From a virus (lineage: Duplodnaviria; Caudoviricetes), in IMG/VR virus record IMGVR_UViG_3300037518_000057, positions 1 to 36,652 of that record: a stretch of 36,652 nucleotides of DNA; one strand, 5' to 3'. A program made the translations under genes and the position numbers. Position 1 is the stretch's first letter, and each line of letters starts with the position of its first letter. Of the stretch, positions 1 to 7,863 are shown one piece after another. The notes under the pieces were generated by a model. It searched no databases. It was not told where the DNA came from and worked only from the letters and a program-made list of their open reading frames with translations.

Positions 1-512
1 CAGGATTTTATTTTTCTATATTTGGGATGAAGGGTGATTGCTGGGGATTATTGGAGAGAGATGGGGGTGGGTATATGAAGAAAGACTTTGGAGAGTATTT
101 ACTAGACAGCATTGAAGCATACGTCAGTGAATCCCAATATGCTTACTCATATCTTGTATGATGGCATTGAGACATACACTAATAAGGAGAGGGACATAAT
201 TGATAAGTGGTATAAGGATGTGTGGGGATATTGATGCACGATAACATTGAGGGTGATAGCAATGTCTGGGGAAACACTTTTCTGAAAACTTTGCGAGTAA
301 ATTATCTAGGCACCCTAAGTTTTTAAATCTCGCATGGGGTATACGGGGTACCCTGTCGCTCTATGTGCTGTCATACAAGCCATAATATCACCCTACCCTA
401 TGCCCTGATATCCCCTAAAATATTCGCTCTCACAGCGCCTTATAGAGCCTATAATATAACGCTATACTACGCTCTATTGTTATATTATTATATGCTATAG
501 AATTGTAGACGT

Positions 513-535
513 AAAAAAGCCAGCTATACGCTGGC
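513..535 (-). terminator. Rho-independent terminator closing the early cassette
   Basis: Minus strand GCCAGC-gtata-GCTGGC then T6, 31 nt after the stop of 567..992. Confidence 0.85.
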
Positions 536-566
536 GTAATGCTTGCTTATATTTGTGCTGGCGTTA

Positions 567-992
567 TCACTGATATAACAACTGATCGTCACCTAAATAC
601 AAATAAACGCTGCCCGCCTTTTCTGCTGCGTCTGTTAGCTCATCACCAATATCCCCTAGGCCTCTATGCCAGTATCCCACGCCATGGCTATTGCGAGTTA
701 GTGCAAAGTCGTGGCCTGCTTGTGACATATCATAGTCCGGTAGCATTGCTGCCGTATAAATCAGCGCGCTATATTCACGCATAAAGTTAAGACAATCAGT
801 CAGAATATGCTCGCACAATTCCTTTGAACATTGCTCGCTATACTCATCAGCATATTCTGAGTCATTGTCTACGTCCTCACCAATCATTACAGTAGACGAC
901 CACAACAACGCAGCGGCATATGCTCGGGTGAATGTGCGCTGATCGTTAGTCAGGCCTTTATGTGTCAGTATCCAATCATCTATATCGTACAT
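567..992 (-). CDS. Conserved phage hypothetical protein
   Basis: Motif QAGHDFALTRNSHGVGYWHRGLG...LYLGDD resembles a widespread phage family of unknown function. Confidence 0.8.
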   Translation of the reverse strand: MYDIDDWILTHKGLTNDQRTFTRAYAAALLWSSTVMIGEDVDNDSEYADEYSEQCSKELCEHILTDCLNFMREYSALIYTAAMLPDYDMSQAGHDFALTRNSHGVGYWHRGLGDIGDELTDAAEKAGSVYLYLGDDQLLYQ

Positions 993-1026
993 AATATATA
1001 ATCCTATATTGTATGTGTGTTAGCTA

Positions 1027-1263
1027 TCAAGCATCTAGCTTAAAGCACGGCCTATTATCCCTTAAATAATTCTCCCTGTCCTCCATTGTCCATCCTTGCG
1101 CCTGTTCTTGCTTATCGCTTTCGTCCTCTTTGCTTCCCGGCATGATTTTAAAGTTGCATATCATACAGCAAAATCCGATCAGGAATGCGTATTCTAGCAG
1201 GCTGTATGCCTCAGCTAGCATAGCCCCTATGATACATAAGATAGAGATGCAGAATTTAATCAT
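1027..1263 (-). CDS. Small membrane protein
   Basis: Two N-terminal hydrophobic segments, charged C-terminus. Confidence 0.6.
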   Translation of the reverse strand: MIKFCISILCIIGAMLAEAYSLLEYAFLIGFCCMICNFKIMPGSKEDESDKQEQAQGWTMEDRENYLRDNRPCFKLDA

Positions 1264-1303
1264 AATAGCCCGCCCAAATCTTTCGTTTGTTCGTACATAT
1301 AGT

Positions 1304-1537
1304 TCACTCCCATTCTTTGTTACGCACTATCCCGCCCAGCTTGCCTACCTCATACATACGACTACTCAAGCGATCGCAAATAACTTCCATATGCGCGTCT
1401 GAGTAGTCATTCCCGAACCGCTGGCAGTCTGTTATATACGCTTTAAAATCCGCTATCGCCTCTTTTAGAGTAGCGCCGCTGATACCATGCGCAACATTAC
1501 AAGATGCGCCAGTGTTTATATAATAGGTTACGTTCAT
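1304..1537 (-). CDS. Hypothetical early protein
   Basis: GGAG RBS; ATGA overlap with the upstream 41-aa ORF. Confidence 0.7.
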   Translation of the reverse strand: MNVTYYINTGASCNVAHGISGATLKEAIADFKAYITDCQRFGNDYSDAHMEVICDRLSSRMYEVGKLGGIVRNKEWE

Positions 1538-1659
1538 GTTACGCACTCCAATTGCTGTCTCTTAACATTCCTACCCAATTGCCGATATTTCCGCGCATCC
1601 TTGGCTTGCTTGCGCTCTGCTTTAGATAGACGTTTGCTTGATGATTGTATGTATTTCAT
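1534..1659 (-). CDS. 41-aa basic peptide (not in ORF track)
   Basis: MKYIQSSSKRLSKAERKQAKDARKYRQLGRNVKRQQLECVT; GGAG RBS; fills the gap between neighbours. Confidence 0.65.
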   Translation of the reverse strand: MKYIQSSSKRLSKAERKQAKDARKYRQLGRNVKRQQLECVT

Positions 1660-1665
1660 TGTCTG

Positions 1666-1950
1666 TTACTCCACGTCTTCGAGGGTGGCATTGCTGTATG
1701 TATACTCGCTGATAGTGCCATCTTTACACAAACTGTCAGTCCAATTATAGAATGCTTCATTGACAGCGGGTTCGTCGTTCTCACCGTATTGTTCAATAAC
1801 TAGAGCTTTAATATCTGGCCATTGATTCATTAGCAACTCTATTTCGTCGCATAGTTTAGAGTCGATATCTGCCCGTAAATCATTCATAGCTTCGTTGTAT
1901 TCTTCTGGAAAATACTTTTTAGCTTGTTCTAATGTAATATGAGTTTCCAT
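1666..1950 (-). CDS. Acidic early phage protein
   Basis: C-terminal DEPAVNEAFYNWTDSLCKDGTISEY motif recurrent in phage early proteins; start refined to METH. Confidence 0.75.
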   Translation of the reverse strand: METHITLEQAKKYFPEEYNEAMNDLRADIDSKLCDEIELLMNQWPDIKALVIEQYGENDEPAVNEAFYNWTDSLCKDGTISEYTYSNATLEDVE

Positions 1951-1954
1951 TGTC

Positions 1955-2305
1955 TTATGCCTTCTGTGATTGATTGATAAGAACACGCAAAGCATTGGCG
2001 GCATTATTCCAGTACTCCTTATAGCAGAGTATGTATGCCTGCTCTTCTGTTAACTCTCTTCCTAAAATACTCTCACCCCATTTAATAATGTGGTAATTCT
2101 CAAAAGGGATAGCACAGGCACTGACTAATCCCTGTAACCAATCGTGACAATGTTTCTGTGTAATACCTCCCATTTCTGACTCTACGGTCAGGGTGGCAAA
2201 TATGATTTTATCATCATCTGTTAGTAGCTCAATATCTGAATAATCACTATTGTCAATATTAGCGAGGATAAGAGCTTGATAATGTTTCTGAGTAATACCT
2301 TTCAT
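1955..2305 (-). CDS. Hypothetical early protein
   Basis: 116-aa ORF with AGGTG RBS, tightly packed. Confidence 0.75.
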   Translation of the reverse strand: MKGITQKHYQALILANIDNSDYSDIELLTDDDKIIFATLTVESEMGGITQKHCHDWLQGLVSACAIPFENYHIIKWGESILGRELTEEQAYILCYKEYWNNAANALRVLINQSQKA

Positions 2306-2322
2306 AAGTCACCTATTGAGAA

Positions 2323-2421
2323 TTAAAGGTTTGTAGCAATTACCAGCACTAGCACTAATACGAATGTAGCATAGTCCCAGAATGTTAATGTGGTAATGAA
2401 TGATGATAGACGTTTAAGCAT
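2323..2421 (-). CDS. 32-aa membrane peptide
   Basis: MLKRLSSFITTLTFWDYATFVLVLVLVIATNL, fills gap. Confidence 0.45.
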   Translation of the reverse strand: MLKRLSSFITTLTFWDYATFVLVLVLVIATNL

Positions 2422-2578
2422 AACGATAATTCCAAACTGTGTTCACAATGTGTGCTGAATTAAGTTTGTTACACTCCCTCACAGCCTGTAGCTCAGTGTA
2501 CAAGCACAGCTCACCGTCTATACCGTGCAAATAGTTTCTTTCGCCAGTGTGTCTGTTAGTGCTAAATACGATGTACAT
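2414..2578 (-). CDS. Hypothetical protein
   Basis: Start refined to MYIVF with GGAG RBS. Confidence 0.65.
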   Translation of the reverse strand: MYIVFSTNRHTGERNYLHGIDGELCLYTELQAVRECNKLNSAHIVNTVWNYRYA

Positions 2579-2582
2579 GGTC

Positions 2583-2717
2583 TTAACTCCAAAGTTTACC
2601 AGTGTTACAGTCAGTAGCAACTATTGCCGCTAGTCTCATGCGATAGCTCAGGTTACGCTGGCGATTAATGCGGGCAATTTTAGCACGGATACGATATGTT
2701 GGGTTCAGGATAATCAT
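2583..2717 (-). CDS. 44-aa basic peptide (not in ORF track)
   Basis: MIILNPTYRIRAKIARINRQRNLSYRMRLAAIVATDCNTGKLWS, GGAG RBS. Confidence 0.55.
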   Translation of the reverse strand: MIILNPTYRIRAKIARINRQRNLSYRMRLAAIVATDCNTGKLWS

Positions 2718-2778
2718 TTAGTTATTCTCCAAATAAGTTTGGTCGATATCAAAACAGCGTACATTGTCGGCGGTTTGG

Positions 2779-2985
2779 TTATGCGTTGCAGTAATCTCCC
2801 CATAGGTCGTCCTCTACCTGCTCGCCGAATTCGTCAAACAATCCTCCACCAACACCCGAGCAGCGAGGCCGAAAATCAATGTCAATCTCGGGGTGATTCG
2901 CCTCCATCCACGCGCGGAATGCGTCAGCATCCCCATCAAAATCATTTTCCAGCAGAACATATGTAGTGTTTTTGAAGTTGCTCAT
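2779..2985 (-). CDS. Small highly acidic protein
   Basis: 68 aa, about 16 D/E vs 4 K/R; GGAG RBS; GC-richer than neighbours. Confidence 0.75.
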   Translation of the reverse strand: MSNFKNTTYVLLENDFDGDADAFRAWMEANHPEIDIDFRPRCSGVGGGLFDEFGEQVEDDLWGDYCNA

Positions 2986-3043
2986 AATCATTTCTCCGTT
3001 GGTTTTTTGCCGCCCCAGAGGGCGGCGGTGTGGTTATGCGTTG

Positions 3044-4033
3044 CTAGATATCCCACCCGGTAGCTTCACGCACCATATCAGTAAGCATTTTGTCTGCTGC
3101 CTGTGCTGCTGTCTGTGCTTCTGCTGCTGCTTGTGTTGCTGCCCCTGCTGCTGTCTGTGCTGCTGCTGCTGTCCCCGCTGTCCGTGCTTCTGCTGTTGTC
3201 CCCGCTGCTGCCTGTGCTTCTGCTGTTGTCCATGCTGCTGCCTGTGCTGCTGCTGCCCATGCTGTCTGTGCTGCCGTCCGTGCTTCTGCTGTTGTCCGTG
3301 CTGTCTGTGCTGCCGTCCGTGCTTCTACTGTTGTCCGTGCTTCTGCTGCTGTCCATGCTGCTGCCTGTGCTGCTGCTGCTGCCCATGCTGCCTGTGCTGC
3401 TGTCCGTGCTGCTGTCCGTGCTTCCGCTGCTGTCCCCGCTGCCTGTGCTGCTGCTGCTGCCCATGCTGCCTGTGCTGCTGCCCGTGCTTCTGCTGTTGTC
3501 CATGCTGCTGCCTGTGCTGCTGCTGCTGCCCATGCTGCCTGTGCTGCTGCCCGTGCTTCTACTGTTGTCCGTGCTTCTGCTGCTGTCCCCGCTGCCTGTG
3601 CTGCTGCCTGTGCTGCTGCCTGTGCTGCTGCTGCTGTCAGCTTTCTATCCCCGGTTTTTAGATACGTAACAATCACGTTATAATGTTCAGTAGTACAGTA
3701 CGACTCAATCAAATCTATATGAATAAGCGCCTGTTTTCTAGCGAATTCCTGTAGTAACCTAGTAGCATCAAATCTGGCGATGTACTCACGATGACTAGCT
3801 GCTATCTTGTCAGTCTGCCTATCTATGCCCCCGGATAGGTTAACAAGATAAAGCCAATTGCCGGGGGCATGGCTGAGTGCATCTAGTAGGCTCTCTGAAC
3901 CATGCAAACCGTTATCACAGCATCTAATATCCCCGTCTACAGTGTGAGTAGTACCTACCCTGATTTTACGACCATCGCCGTAACGCAGTGTTTTACTGTC
4001 TTGCGCGAAGTAAAAAGCTCTGATTGTGTTCAT
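3044..4033 (-). CDS. Phage protein with N-terminal CxxGLH domain and Ala-rich repeat
   Basis: CCDNGLHGS...LDALSHAPG...ARFDATRLLQEFAR...YLKTGD followed by Ala repeats; architecture of a common phage family with AAW/AAR repeats. Confidence 0.85.
   Translation of the reverse strand: MNTIRAFYFAQDSKTLRYGDGRKIRVGTTHTVDGDIRCCDNGLHGSESLLDALSHAPGNWLYLVNLSGGIDRQTDKIAASHREYIARFDATRLLQEFARKQALIHIDLIESYCTTEHYNVIVTYLKTGDRKLTAAAAQAAAQAAAQAAGTAAEARTTVEARAAAQAAWAAAAAQAAAWTTAEARAAAQAAWAAAAAQAAGTAAEARTAARTAAQAAWAAAAAQAAAWTAAEARTTVEARTAAQTARTTAEARTAAQTAWAAAAQAAAWTTAEAQAAAGTTAEARTAGTAAAAQTAAGAATQAAAEAQTAAQAADKMLTDMVREATGWDI
3094..3637. repeat. Degenerate (GCA/TGC)n coding repeat with higher-order units
   Basis: Runs of GCA/ACA codons ended by CAG/CGG/TGG/GGG; long ORFs span it in five tracked frames. 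Confidence 0.95.
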
Positions 4034-4059
4034 TCTAGCTCTCCCGGGTAAAAGGTATC

Positions 4060-4099
4060 GTCAGTGGGTGGGCAGATAGAGCAGTTGCCCTACGCTGAC
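4060..4099 (-). other. Long imperfect intergenic hairpin (possible RNase III processing site)
   Basis: GTCAGCG-TA-GGGCA...TGCCC-ACC-CACTGAC between early genes, no U tail. Confidence 0.45.
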
Positions 4100-4109
4100 A
4101 TATGGTGGT

Positions 4110-4346
4110 TTACTGCGGATTGTTGCGGCGCCAAGCGCGGCCTGCGCGGCTGTTGTAATCAGCATTTGCTGCTAGATTACGCTGCGCAGGGGTTTGAGCG
4201 TCCGGGTACGACTCGCGAGCTAGAAAATGCGCTTGCTTTTCACTAACAGCTGGTATTTCATCAAGAATGTTGTTGCCCTGAAATATCACAGCAATAGTGC
4301 CATCACCAGCGCCTTGAACTTCATAAAACATATCTGACGTTTTCAT
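4110..4346 (-). CDS. Hypothetical early protein
   Basis: GGAG RBS, 78 aa. Confidence 0.7.
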   Translation of the reverse strand: MKTSDMFYEVQGAGDGTIAVIFQGNNILDEIPAVSEKQAHFLARESYPDAQTPAQRNLAANADYNSRAGRAWRRNNPQ

Positions 4347-4349
4347 AAA

Positions 4350-4535
4350 CTATTCTCCCAATTGATGATCAATGAAACTACTAATAACCAAAGTCTCACC
4401 TATAAACAAACTCTCAGTAACTCTTGCCGTAAACATAGGAATATCATAAGTCTTATAATCTATCGCCTCGACACGGCACCAAACATATTCACCAGAAACT
4501 CTAACCATGATTTTATCACCTATTTTAACAGACAT
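4350..4535 (-). CDS. Small SH3-like beta-barrel hypothetical protein
   Basis: VKIGDKIMVRV...CRVEAI pattern; flanked by 17-bp direct repeats. Confidence 0.7.
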   Translation of the reverse strand: MSVKIGDKIMVRVSGEYVWCRVEAIDYKTYDIPMFTARVTESLFIGETLVISSFIDHQLGE

Positions 4536-4538
4536 AAA

Positions 4539-4658
4539 CTATTCTCCCAGATGTTGCGCGATAACATCAGCGCGATTAGTGATAGTGTTCTCAGCAGTAG
4601 ATAGCAGAGAGTAGCTTAGAGCGGAAATGATCAGAGTGTAGATGAGATACTTTTTCAT
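4539..4658 (-). CDS. 39-aa protein with hydrophobic N-terminus, first gene of the cassette
   Basis: MKKYLIYTLIISALSYSLLSTAENTITNRADVIAQHLGE; AGGA RBS. Confidence 0.6.
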   Translation of the reverse strand: MKKYLIYTLIISALSYSLLSTAENTITNRADVIAQHLGE

Positions 4659-4659
4659 G

Positions 4660-5915
4660 ATTGTATTCCTGTAAATGTGTTTGCTGATCCAGTGATTACA
4701 GTATACGTTTTACAGCAAATAATACAAGCATTATTATATACCATATTAGCATAATAATAAGGGTTTAATATAACAGTAGGAATAAGCACACTGGGACATT
4801 AGATATAAAGAGCGGGCGCGATGGCATAGAATCAAGCATTAGTCAAGCATTTTAGCACAATACCATATATACTATTTAAGCATAGATAATTGAATAATTA
4901 TAACTATATATTCTAGTGATCATGCTTGACATTTGGGTGATATTGTGCTAGGAGTTATATGAGAATGAGTCCTATTTAGGATATATCCTAACGAAATCTG
5001 GTGAAATGCTCCCATGTAATTCTACTGTAAATAGCTGTTACCACTTCATCCAAAATGTCATTCGAGAATCATTCTCAGGAATATTCCAGCAGGCTGGGCA
5101 GCAGTATTGATAATTATTGATATAACTTCTAGGAATATTAGAGATAATATTTGAGATATTATGGAATAATGATATTTAAGAGGATTTTACGAGTGAGTAG
5201 GAGAGGCTACCATTATGATACCTATTGAATACTTTTCAGCACTATTTCAGCATACCTCCAGCAATCTCTCCTCCCTACTCTCAGCAGTATATCAGCACAT
5301 ATCCTAGCAGTAATCTCTCCTGAATAGCTGTCATATCTCCCTTCCGTATCACTTTACATATCACTTGGTAGCACTCTCTCCTACAGCTCTAAGCAGCATA
5401 TCCTCTAGCCTCTAGCACACTTATACATAGCTTACAGCCATCTTACGGTATAATCTATATCACCCTACCACTATATCCTATCATGTCTATAAGCCTTATC
5501 TAGCGTACCTTACGAGCATATTAGAGATAGCTAATATTACCTACGTTATATTATAACGTTTTTACCATTTTCTTATACATATTAGCACTATTATCCTACT
5601 ATTGTGTCAATATCTGTAATGTCATCCTAGTGTACTTTATAAGGGTACAGTAGGGATATAGAAGTATAGTTATAGATATACATGTGATAGCTGTAGAAGC
5701 TGGAGTGATATGAGATTGGAAATGGAATATGATAGAGGGTGGGGGGTGGGGTAGTTATTTAAGTATATTAGAAGTATCTGTGCTCAATTATGATTGACTA
5801 AGCAATAGTTATATTCTAGGTTTCTGTATAGTTATTAGTTACAGAAGAATAACAAAGTAACCGGACAAAAAGGGGACATTTTATGATTAGAGCATCCTTG
5901 CTCACATAGAATCTA
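4660..5915. other. Long non-coding region: candidate origin and/or terminal-repeat boundary
   Basis: No ORF >=60 aa; G/C skew switches, several perfect palindromes, phased CAGCA repeats. Confidence 0.55.
4700..4727 (-). promoter_or_regulatory. sigma70-type promoter of early cassette
   Basis: TTGTAT-N16-TATACT. Confidence 0.6.
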
Positions 5916-6650
5916 CTAGATATCATTCCACCAACGTCTAATAGTCCTAACATCTCTACCTAAGAATTCAGCTACAAACTTCTGCTTCAATCCCTTATCT
6001 TTCAACAACTTAGCTATTTCTTTATGTGACAGCTCTTTTATACCAGTTAGCTCTCGAAGCTCTTTAATGTATGTTTCGCTGACCGTTAACTTACCGCTGA
6101 TTGTTTCTATTTCAGATTGTTGTCTAATATCTGTCTCTTTTAATGTTTCTAGAGTATCAGATAACTCTTTACTCTTAGCTAATCTCCCTAGTTGAGAGTT
6201 AATAGATTGTGGTTGAGATAACGCTCTCTTATCCATAGCACCGTTCTCCAGCATAGTCTTCTGAGAAGGATGATCATTGAATGCCTCTACAGTCTTTCTA
6301 GTGTAGAAGTATTGTCTATTCTTAGCTGCTTCCATATACTCTACAGTGAGATCATGGACATTACGAGAGAACTCTAATGCTTCGGCTCTAGTACCTCCGT
6401 TATCAAGGATATGACCATAAGCTGTAATACCTACTTCAAAGCCAATATATTCTTTAGGTATATAACCCTCTTGTGATCTATTGTGTTCGGTCATCCGCTT
6501 TCTCATGCCATCAAAGAGAGCATAGAGTTTAGTAGGGTTCATATCACCCTGTTTGAGTAGGTCATTGAATACCTCCCTAACACTATCTAAGGACACAATA
6601 TCCTCAATGTCAATACCCTGATCTTCTTGCTTATCATCTGGTGCTTGCAT
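5916..6650 (-). CDS. Protein with C-terminal helix-turn-helix
   Basis: LKQKFVAEFLGRDVRTIRRWW HTH after a coiled-coil-like segment; overlaps helicase stop. Confidence 0.75.
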   Translation of the reverse strand: MQAPDDKQEDQGIDIEDIVSLDSVREVFNDLLKQGDMNPTKLYALFDGMRKRMTEHNRSQEGYIPKEYIGFEVGITAYGHILDNGGTRAEALEFSRNVHDLTVEYMEAAKNRQYFYTRKTVEAFNDHPSQKTMLENGAMDKRALSQPQSINSQLGRLAKSKELSDTLETLKETDIRQQSEIETISGKLTVSETYIKELRELTGIKELSHKEIAKLLKDKGLKQKFVAEFLGRDVRTIRRWWNDI

Positions 6651-7863
6651 AGTAATTTAATACCTCTTGTCGAATGATTACATCACTTTGTTTAAGGGGT
6701 CTTACAAAGCTAAGGTTAGTTAAGTCTCTAATCCTGCTTAAGCCTACATAGAGCTGTCCGTGTCCGAAGCATCCTTTTCCTGTATGTAGAGCTACCTTAT
6801 CCAGAGACATACCTTGGGAGGAATGGATAGTAATACCATAACCTAGCTTAATAGGGTATTGAGTGTACCTTGCTATTACATCCTTACTAATAGAGCTTCC
6901 CACCTTGTTGTAGCGATATTTCTCCCATGTAAAAGGTTCTACTTTAACTGTGCGATTAGTGGAGAGTTGTACAATAATACCTTCGGGAGATATGTCTACA
7001 ATCTTACCTCTATCGCCATTACAGTATCCTCCCACAACACTGTTGGCACAAAGGAGTACATCAATACCTACTTTCAGCTTCATGTCATAATCTACTGGTC
7101 TATCATTCATCGACCACGTACCTTCTTCATTAGCTCTGAAGCTATACTCTTTTGAATTAACTCTCTTGTACCAGAATTCATTAACCCATTTAGCATCATC
7201 CTTATAACAGCACAGGTGTAGTTGTGGTTCTTTACCATCATATTTCTGTGCTATGGACTGTATCTCCATGAGAGCGTCTACATAGTGGTCTTCTTTGCGT
7301 CTGATAGCATTAAGGAGAGCTACTTGGTGTTCGTTGTCCTGTCGATATACCTTAGTCAATTCAATGGTAGTAAAGTCCCATTTATCACTGCTAAAAGAAA
7401 AGGGTGAATCATATTGATCATGGAAATATTCGGCATCTGTAGTAGAGACAATAGGCTCTAGCTGGAAGAAGTCTCCTACCACTGCTATCTGGATTCCCCC
7501 GAAAGGTTTATCATTCATCATAGCCAGCTTCAACTTAGCGTCGATAAGCTCAAAGTAGTCTACCCGCATCATGGGAGCTTCGTCTATGATAATCCTATCA
7601 GTCTTCTGTAGGAGTTCTCGCAGCTTAGATATACCCGTATACTGGTCAGAGCTTGTTACAATACCAATAGGTAGTTTGAACAGAGAGTGACAAGTCATGC
7701 CTCCAATATTCATTGCTGCGATACCTGTAGGCGCGCACAGTAGTGTACTAGGTGTCTTAATCTCACTAATTACCCAACTCTTGCCAACGCCTCCGGGACC
7801 AGTTAGAAATAGGTTTTTACCACTCCTAACGTGGTCAATAGCTTCCTTCTGTAAATCTCTCAT
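6634..7863 (-). CDS. Pif1/RecD-like SF1B DNA helicase
   Basis: FLTGPGGVGKS, APTGIAA, IIIDE, GDFFQLEP, ITIHSSQG, YVGLSR motifs. Confidence 0.93.
   Translation of the reverse strand: MRDLQKEAIDHVRSGKNLFLTGPGGVGKSWVISEIKTPSTLLCAPTGIAAMNIGGMTCHSLFKLPIGIVTSSDQYTGISKLRELLQKTDRIIIDEAPMMRVDYFELIDAKLKLAMMNDKPFGGIQIAVVGDFFQLEPIVSTTDAEYFHDQYDSPFSFSSDKWDFTTIELTKVYRQDNEHQVALLNAIRRKEDHYVDALMEIQSIAQKYDGKEPQLHLCCYKDDAKWVNEFWYKRVNSKEYSFRANEEGTWSMNDRPVDYDMKLKVGIDVLLCANSVVGGYCNGDRGKIVDISPEGIIVQLSTNRTVKVEPFTWEKYRYNKVGSSISKDVIARYTQYPIKLGYGITIHSSQGMSLDKVALHTGKGCFGHGQLYVGLSRIRDLTNLSFVRPLKQSDVIIRQEVLNYYASTR

Noticed and set aside
3003-3026. GC hairpin GCCGCCC-caga-GGGCGGC as a terminator
   Set aside because: On the transcribed minus strand it is followed by A6, not a U-tract; more likely a stability element
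3094-3637. Repeat as a CRISPR array or DGR variable region
   Set aside because: No constant repeat with unique spacers, no template/variable pair, no cas or reverse transcriptase gene in the window
2966-3683. Cys-rich, Leu-rich, Ser-rich and Ala-rich alternative ORFs across the repeat
   Set aside because: Shadows of a stop-free triplet repeat; only 3044..4033 has an RBS and a globular domain
4660-5915. tRNA genes in the long intergenic region
   Set aside because: No cloverleaf or T-loop GTTCRA context found
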